Sequence record: NC_049383.1
Length of the DNA: 64,000 nt
Reading direction: 5' to 3' (one strand)
Within the stretch, counting starts at the first letter, position 1; every line of letters begins with the position of its first letter. The translations under genes and the position numbers were made by a program. A model generated the notes under the pieces. That model saw only the letters and a list, made by a program, of their open reading frames with translations, was not told the origin of the DNA and did no database searches. This document shows, piece after piece, positions 57,429 to 64,000 of this stretch.

Positions 57429-60400
57429 TTAAACCCTATCAATTAAAATTTTAAGATTTTCATTCAAATCAACATTATCAAAAAGTTCTAAAGATGATGG
57501 ATTTTCAGAATAAAAATCAATTTCAACATCACCTTTCAAAACTTTAGAAATCACATAAATTTTGCTAAATTCTGAATCAAAAAATCTTCTTAAAATAATA
57601 TCTTCAAAATCGAATTGTGATATATTTTGAGAATTGGTGTTATTATCGACTCCTAAAATATCAATCTTATCTTGTTCTGTAAAGTTCTTTAAATCGAATC
57701 CATAATTTTCTAAAATTCTTTTCAAGTAATCCTTTACATTTGAATAAACATCAATTATATCAGAGTCTGTTTTAATAACATCAAACTCAATAACCTTTTT
57801 ACTGGATAAAACCAAACTTATATCATGTTTGTATTCCATAGGATTACTAAACCAATGCAAGTTCTTAAAATCCTTCTTATCACTATAAACTCTATAATGT
57901 TTTGATAAAATAGTTTCTGAAAAATCCTTCCTATAAAACCAAACCTTATCATTCAATCTATCACTATTATTTTTAGATGATGGTAAAATATTATATTTAC
58001 TTGTTTTATATGAATATCCATAATCAGTATAATTTATACTAAAGAAATAACTAGATTTCCTTAATTGCTTAGTAATAGGTGTATAAAGACCATTTTGCCT
58101 AATCATATTAATAGTGTACTTATCAGACCTATTAAGTATATCATTATTCACGTTTTTAAGACCTATAACAGCCATCTTTGCTACAGGTTCAATTGGGTAA
58201 ATATCTAATAATGATGTGTTACCATAAATGTCAGTAACAGTTGTATTATTTGACTTAATCCAATCCATGATATCAGATGTTGAAATTAATGAAAAACGTT
58301 CAATAGCACCTACATTTTTTAATACCCTATCATATTCAGCATTTTCCAAAAGAATAGCTTCAACAATATCCATCTTATTTTGTTCATAAAATACATTATT
58401 ATTTGCTAAATACTCAGCCAACATATCATATTCTATTGTTGTTGTTACACCCGACTCTGTTTCTTTTATTTTTACATGAATTTCTGTACACCAAAAATGG
58501 TCTTTTCCAATTTCCTGTATATCCATAAATGTTATTAACATACCGAAATTTGTTGTTTCAGAATCATCAGTATCACCAAAGTAAACTTCAAAATTTTGTC
58601 TAAGTTCTAAAAATGATGTGAAATCAACATCAAACCTTTCTAATAAACCTTTACCAACATGAACATAATTAATACCATTTTGTTGAAAGTACCAATCATT
58701 TGTTTTGAAGTTCCCTAAATATGTTTTTGGTGAAGATGAATCATTAATACGTAATGAAATATTCTTTCTACCGAAACTTGATAAACTTGTTTCTGTTGCA
58801 TAATCACCATCAGAAAAATATAATAATGACCTATCCAACCAATAAACACCTTCTTGCTCCAATCCTGTTAAAACAGGTTCAGGAACATACATTGTAACAT
58901 ATAATGTGATTGATTTGAAAGCCTCATTTTCTAAAAGTTCTATATCTCTATCCTTACTTTCAGGTGCTGTACTTGTATTTAGAATTGCTGAGAATTTCCA
59001 TCCTTCATATTTGGAATCTAAAACAATCTTAACACCTCTAAAGAAGCATGAGTATAAATCATCTTCCTTCTTTATAATAGAATGTGACCTTATATAATTG
59101 TAAACATCGAAATCAGTACTTAAAACATCTTCTTTAGTAATATGCTTTACTGTGTAACTTGTTAAAATATCATTAATATGTCTATCAAAACCTTTTATTG
59201 AATCATTAATCTTAATTTCAGGATTATAAACAGGTAATGTTAATGTAGTTTTATGAAAATTCAAATCATAAATAGTCAAATCAGATGTATGACCATAAGA
59301 CAAACTAATACGAATTTCATTATTTTCACCAACAGCACTACCACCCAATGATAAAACTTTTGTATCTATTATATTTTCGGAAACACCACCAATCAAATTA
59401 ACATCAACATTCCAACTATCTATAACAACCATATTATCTAAATCAACAATTTCAATAAGTGTTCTAACACTCGTGTTTGCTGAATTTTCTAATGAAAAAT
59501 TGAATGAAAATTTAATATCACTATTAATTCCTTGTTCTCTTATATCTAACTTTCTTGAAATATAATTTTGACTATTATTAGGACTAAACTTTATACCACC
59601 ATCACCCGAATCAATCAAATCACCGTTAAGAACAAACCATTCGGAAATTTCATCAGGTTCATTTATATCTGTGTAAAATCTTTGAATTATATTTGTTGGT
59701 TGTTCTGTATCAATCTCAACATCCTTAATAGCAGGAATTTTACCAACGTTCAAATCCCTCATATAAGGTGGTAAACCTGTACCAATAACTAACCATGAAT
59801 GTGTAGCGTTTCTCAAATCCCTATCTTTAATATCCAAAGATGGTGCAAAATTACTATATCTAAAAGGTTGAGCTAAATTCAATGTGTATGGTCTATTATA
59901 AACATCTAAACCATCCTTATACATGAATTTATTAATAGACTGATTTATCATTGAATTTGATATCAAATCGTGGTTTAAATTTTCTGATAGTCTATTAAAT
60001 TCATTATCAATACTAGTTGCTTCAAAACTACTAGTATTTACATCACCTATTAACATACCCCTTTCTAATGAAATAGAATCAAAATATCTTGAAATAATCG
60101 ATACTAATTCAGCTTTATATTCACTCATTTCAGATTCGGAAGGCATAACATCATATTTCCCTAAAAAGTTTTCATCACTAACTTGGTTTAATAACCATTG
60201 TTTATATGTGTTTAATTCGAAATCAAAAACATCACCATGATATGTATTTTCTCTATCAAAATCAAATGCTCTATGCTCACAAGTCTTTAATCTATATAAT
60301 TTTGACTTTTCTGTTTTAATAACATTAATTATATCACCATTTGGATTATCTTCTCTAATTGAACTTTCCAAATTAAAGAAGTAATAACCCAACCATTTAC

Positions 60401-61865
60401 CCATTTCAATAACTTTAGATGTGTTTTCTTTATAATTTAAACTATCACCACCATTTACATCTAAAGGTATTGGAAAAGCTGTTAAAACCGAGTCAGATGA
60501 TGGACTATAGAATGTGTTTTCATATACAGAAACATTATCTGTGAATTTTAAAGGTATAATAGAGTAATTACGTGGTTTTTCAACCAATTTTATATTTTTA
60601 TAAGACTCATCATTTATAAGACTCTTTATAACCAAGTATTCATTTTCGAAAATTAAAGCATCTACAAATAAATTAGAAATATTTGTTCTAGCATATAATG
60701 TAAAAGACTTTGCTATATTTTCAGCAGTTTTCATTATATCATTAACAACGATATCATCCTCACTAATAGTATATTCAATCTCTGTTACACCATCCAATTC
60801 AAGTATTAATTTTTCACCAACACTAGGAAGAAAATTTGGCTTAATCATTATTAATGGTGTAAAATCACCACTATGTGTAAATGATGTGAATTGTATTGCA
60901 TTCAATGTATCAACAACCACAGGATTATCATTTAAATCACTTTCCGTTAAAACATCTTGTGACATTGTGATAGTTCCTTTGTTTTCTATTATTTTGAAAT
61001 GAGCTTCTGTATCATTAAATTCATTAAGACTTTCTAACTCATCCATTGTTGTATAAAAACCTATTAAATCTACAAATGTATCGTTTAAATCATCATTTGA
61101 TAAATCTAAATCAAAACAAAATTCCAAGTTTAAGAATCTTGAATCTATCATTTCATTTTTCCTGAAACCATCAACAATATCATGATTAAATTCAGTCAAT
61201 GTTCTTTCGTTTGCCAAAACATTAACCATATTATTATCATATTTCGTTTCTAGCAAACCACTATTTAAACTAGTACCAGTAAAGCTAAAACCCTCTTCAA
61301 AATTAGCAAATACACCGATATCATCGATATTATCCTTCATATACTTGATATGTCTATCTAATTGTTTACCCATTTCAGAACTTCTAAAATCATGTACATG
61401 AACTAATTCTTTTATAAATGGTTTTCCTTTATTAAAGTCATTCCTATTAACTCTATAAACAACAAATAAATCAGGTTTTGTAGCCTCTTTATCTATGTAA
61501 ATAGGTGCAAAAAATCTAAATCGTTTTGTTATAAGTTCTGAAACATCAGAGTAAGCACCATAATTATAAATTCTTTCATGTTGTTCTGAAAGCTCTTTTG
61601 TAACTAGATTTGAATCACTCTTTACATCAAAAATATTATCTTTTATGTCGAATAAATCAGCATAATTTTTAAGATTCACCATTAAATTACTTGTAGTGTT
61701 CAATTTATAAGCTTTATAAAGTGACCTAGCAAGTTCAGAATTTGAATTTATTGAATCCAAATATATGTTATCCTCATCACAAACAAACTTTATATTCCCA
61801 CTTAAACGCGGATTACATTTATTAAGTGTATAAAAACTGTTTGATATTTTATTGTCTTTTGCCAT
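57429..61865 (-). CDS. large protein, probably virion structural (1478 aa)
   Basis: Very long ORF, late-type promoter upstream, located among head and neck genes; no family recognised. Confidence 0.6.
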   Translation of the reverse strand: MAKDNKISNSFYTLNKCNPRLSGNIKFVCDEDNIYLDSINSNSELARSLYKAYKLNTTSNLMVNLKNYADLFDIKDNIFDVKSDSNLVTKELSEQHERIYNYGAYSDVSELITKRFRFFAPIYIDKEATKPDLFVVYRVNRNDFNKGKPFIKELVHVHDFRSSEMGKQLDRHIKYMKDNIDDIGVFANFEEGFSFTGTSLNSGLLETKYDNNMVNVLANERTLTEFNHDIVDGFRKNEMIDSRFLNLEFCFDLDLSNDDLNDTFVDLIGFYTTMDELESLNEFNDTEAHFKIIENKGTITMSQDVLTESDLNDNPVVVDTLNAIQFTSFTHSGDFTPLIMIKPNFLPSVGEKLILELDGVTEIEYTISEDDIVVNDIMKTAENIAKSFTLYARTNISNLFVDALIFENEYLVIKSLINDESYKNIKLVEKPRNYSIIPLKFTDNVSVYENTFYSPSSDSVLTAFPIPLDVNGGDSLNYKENTSKVIEMGKWLGYYFFNLESSIREDNPNGDIINVIKTEKSKLYRLKTCEHRAFDFDRENTYHGDVFDFELNTYKQWLLNQVSDENFLGKYDVMPSESEMSEYKAELVSIISRYFDSISLERGMLIGDVNTSSFEATSIDNEFNRLSENLNHDLISNSMINQSINKFMYKDGLDVYNRPYTLNLAQPFRYSNFAPSLDIKDRDLRNATHSWLVIGTGLPPYMRDLNVGKIPAIKDVEIDTEQPTNIIQRFYTDINEPDEISEWFVLNGDLIDSGDGGIKFSPNNSQNYISRKLDIREQGINSDIKFSFNFSLENSANTSVRTLIEIVDLDNMVVIDSWNVDVNLIGGVSENIIDTKVLSLGGSAVGENNEIRISLSYGHTSDLTIYDLNFHKTTLTLPVYNPEIKINDSIKGFDRHINDILTSYTVKHITKEDVLSTDFDVYNYIRSHSIIKKEDDLYSCFFRGVKIVLDSKYEGWKFSAILNTSTAPESKDRDIELLENEAFKSITLYVTMYVPEPVLTGLEQEGVYWLDRSLLYFSDGDYATETSLSSFGRKNISLRINDSSSPKTYLGNFKTNDWYFQQNGINYVHVGKGLLERFDVDFTSFLELRQNFEVYFGDTDDSETTNFGMLITFMDIQEIGKDHFWCTEIHVKIKETESGVTTTIEYDMLAEYLANNNVFYEQNKMDIVEAILLENAEYDRVLKNVGAIERFSLISTSDIMDWIKSNNTTVTDIYGNTSLLDIYPIEPVAKMAVIGLKNVNNDILNRSDKYTINMIRQNGLYTPITKQLRKSSYFFSINYTDYGYSYKTSKYNILPSSKNNSDRLNDKVWFYRKDFSETILSKHYRVYSDKKDFKNLHWFSNPMEYKHDISLVLSSKKVIEFDVIKTDSDIIDVYSNVKDYLKRILENYGFDLKNFTEQDKIDILGVDNNTNSQNISQFDFEDIILRRFFDSEFSKIYVISKVLKGDVEIDFYSENPSSLELFDNVDLNENLKILIDRV

Positions 61866-61889
61866 ATTGTATTTTAAATAAGGTTTAAA

Positions 61890-63617
61890 ATGATAAATAG
61901 AGTAAAGAGTTTAACGAGAAACGTTAAAAAATTACTTAATATATTTATACTTTCATATATGGTATTCGAAATGACAAATACTGGTAAAAGAGTTCTATAC
62001 CTAGACCCAATTACAAATAACGACATAACAAGTATTGAAATAGATACAGAAAAGGAAGGTTCTTTAATAGCATCTTATCTTTTTTCATACTCATTCGATA
62101 ATGTTAATTGGTCTGATTATGCATCAAAAAGTGATACTTTATCATATCTAAATTCAGAAGAAACACAATCACTATCAACATATTTAAGAGTTCTTTTAAG
62201 TGTTGATGTTGACCCAAATGTTACACAATCATCTTTAATTAGTAACTATATAGGTATTGAAAATATCATGGTTAATGGTTCATCAATAAATGTTTGTGGT
62301 ATGGAATACTACCAAGATATAAATATTGTCGCATCAAACATAACAAATAATGCATTAAACCCATTTAGGAACTTAGATAATGCACACCATATGAGGGAAC
62401 AGATTTCTAAGTCAATTGCTATGACTATTGGATATGACGGTGTTTACTTTAAACGTGTTCCGAATGAGGAAACAAAATCAATTATTTTCAAGTCATATAA
62501 AATGTATCAAACTTTACCTGCACGAGCGATTAAAGTAGTTATTCCACCTGATGCAAACAATAATGAAAATATCAACTCATTCCAGTTCTTTATGAATAGA
62601 GAAAATATCGAAGTTGAAATTTTATTATCTCAATGGCATGATATATACGGTGTTGATGTTTATCCGAATGCAAAAGACGCTATTTACATCAATGTTTTCG
62701 ATAGAATGTACACTATATCATCGGCTAAAAAGAAAAGAGATTTTATGCATAGGGCTGTTGCTTATAAATTATATCTAGGAGTGTTTAAAGAAGGTGTTGA
62801 GATTGATAATTCACAAGCAGAAGAGGAAATTACAGATTTTAGTGATTTCACAGCATATGATATAGAAAATTCAGACCAAGCATATGATGAGATAGAAAAT
62901 GCAACTGGCAATGGTGATGATATTGAGTTTAGCTTATCAGAAGAAGAATCAGAATTTCAAAGCATTGATTCCAAATTATTAGATTTTCACAAAGGTATTA
63001 GAAATATTAAAACTGGTTTACTATTCAATGATGTTGAGTTCCAAAGATATATGTATAAAAGCGATACAGATGTTGACTTCTTAACAAGATATGATTTATC
63101 AAAAATGGATGATAACGAATATAGTGTTTCGGCTTGGTTTAAAATTTCGGAAGTTGGTAAAAGTGTAATGTTATTTAGTCTTGGTGATGGTATAAATTAT
63201 GCAGAATTGATTTATGTAAATTCAAACGGATTCATAACCTTGCACACAAAAGCCTCAGAAATAAACAAATATGTAACAGCTACAGGTGAAGCTATTAAAG
63301 AAAATGGTTATTATTCTGTTGTTTTGTCTAGAAGAGGTAAAAATATTTCAATTTCATTGTTATATTATAATGATGGTTCAATTGATTTTGTACAAAACAT
63401 ATTAGCAAGTGTTGAAATACCAGTTAATAAAAAAGTATTGGAAATTAAAGGAAATCATAAAACATCAATAGGAAATATTAGAGTAAATAAAAAATCAGTA
63501 CCTAAACAACAAATTATACCAATGATAACAAACTGGTCATTGGATGCAAACGATTATTTAGTAATTGATAATTGTCAAACTGGTATTGATTCAATAAAAG
63601 TTCAATCAAACGCGTAA
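61890..63617 (+). CDS. gp14-like neck/head-closure protein with extra N- and C-terminal domains
   Basis: Central GYDGVYFKR...PNAKDAIYINVFDRMYTI...YKLYL resembles gp14; C-terminal YSVSAWFK...YYSVVLSR is LamG-like; real start may be 61959 or 61971. Confidence 0.6.
   Translation: MINRVKSLTRNVKKLLNIFILSYMVFEMTNTGKRVLYLDPITNNDITSIEIDTEKEGSLIASYLFSYSFDNVNWSDYASKSDTLSYLNSEETQSLSTYLRVLLSVDVDPNVTQSSLISNYIGIENIMVNGSSINVCGMEYYQDINIVASNITNNALNPFRNLDNAHHMREQISKSIAMTIGYDGVYFKRVPNEETKSIIFKSYKMYQTLPARAIKVVIPPDANNNENINSFQFFMNRENIEVEILLSQWHDIYGVDVYPNAKDAIYINVFDRMYTISSAKKKRDFMHRAVAYKLYLGVFKEGVEIDNSQAEEEITDFSDFTAYDIENSDQAYDEIENATGNGDDIEFSLSEEESEFQSIDSKLLDFHKGIRNIKTGLLFNDVEFQRYMYKSDTDVDFLTRYDLSKMDDNEYSVSAWFKISEVGKSVMLFSLGDGINYAELIYVNSNGFITLHTKASEINKYVTATGEAIKENGYYSVVLSRRGKNISISLLYYNDGSIDFVQNILASVEIPVNKKVLEIKGNHKTSIGNIRVNKKSVPKQQIIPMITNWSLDANDYLVIDNCQTGIDSIKVQSNA
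61942..61949 (-). promoter_or_regulatory. T4-like late promoter for the 1478-aa gene
   Basis: TATAAATA on the minus strand, 76 nt upstream of ATG 61865. Confidence 0.5.
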
Positions 63618-63621
63618 TAAA

Positions 63622-64000
63622 ATGAATAAAGATTTTGAATTTAATGAAAATAACGCAAATTTCGATTCACTAATTCCAAAAGATATAACAGGGCATTCAA
63701 TTTATGAAGGTGGTAGCCTACAAGGTCTTAGTGAGTATAAAGAATTTGGCGTTGAGGAACAAAAGACGAAAATAGAAAAAGAAGCTAAAGACCTAGTTAA
63801 ATCATTACTAGGCGTTTACTTCGATGTTGACCTAATCAATAATGACGACCATTTAAAAGCAATTCAAGCTGTTGAAACATCAAACCTTTTAGGTTTATTG
63901 GAGTCAGCACGATATGCACAACACGCTGTATCAACATTGATGTTGAAAATAGATGCAGGTATGCACGCTGATATACAGATATATAGTATATTAATAGAGC
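63622..64000 (+). CDS. partial CDS, possibly terminase small subunit (gp16-like)
   Basis: Manual translation MNKDFEFNENNANFDSLIPKD...ESARYAQHAVSTLMLKIDAGMHADIQIYSILIE, open at the window end; helical, follows the gp14-like gene; the gp16 call is weak. Confidence 0.45.
   Translation, partial: MNKDFEFNENNANFDSLIPKDITGHSIYEGGSLQGLSEYKEFGVEEQKTKIEKEAKDLVKSLLGVYFDVDLINNDDHLKAIQAVETSNLLGLLESARYAQHAVSTLMLKIDAGMHADIQIYSILIE

Noticed and set aside
1-64000. Stop-codon reassignment, as seen in some Bacteroidota phages
   Set aside because: Conserved genes (capsid, portal, terminase, sheath, uvsW) are full length in the standard code and coding density is high.

Overview
This window is part of a very AT-rich dsDNA tailed-phage genome with a T4-type (Tevenvirinae-like) morphogenesis gene set. 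The gene sizes suggest a jumbo myovirus. Recognisable genes: portal, fused prohead protease/scaffold, major capsid protein, large terminase, tail sheath, tail tube, gp26/gp51-like baseplate hub proteins, gp15, gp14, gp2 DNA end protector, tape measure protein, a 3229-aa modular tail fibre, UvsW helicase, gp32-like SSB, RuvC-like resolvase, MazG, an XRE-type HTH regulator and a large calcineurin-like phosphoesterase. Most genes are on the minus strand; the exceptions are a tape-measure/lysis block (20.7-24.6 kb) and the last two genes. Several non-structural genes are preceded by TTG-N19/20-TAnnTTTG, the Bacteroidota sigma-A promoter, which points to a Bacteroidota host (probably Flavobacteriia). 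Structural genes are preceded by TATAAATA/TATATAA late-type motifs. The standard genetic code fits. I saw no tRNA, CRISPR array, integrase, RT or intein. The most interesting unexplained signals are: (1) two paralogous non-coding cassettes about 39.4 kb apart sharing a gapless 154-bp element, either ncRNAs or origins; (2) clustered TGTTAA boxes with 11-bp phasing at three intergenic loci; (3) a family of small proteins with a T4-like capsid-targeting N-terminus; (4) a host-promoter-driven island (phosphoesterase plus a 34-aa peptide) inside the head gene cluster; (5) a spanin-like pair with no lipoprotein; (6) apparent GATC avoidance. All protein family calls come from motif recognition by eye, not from database searches.
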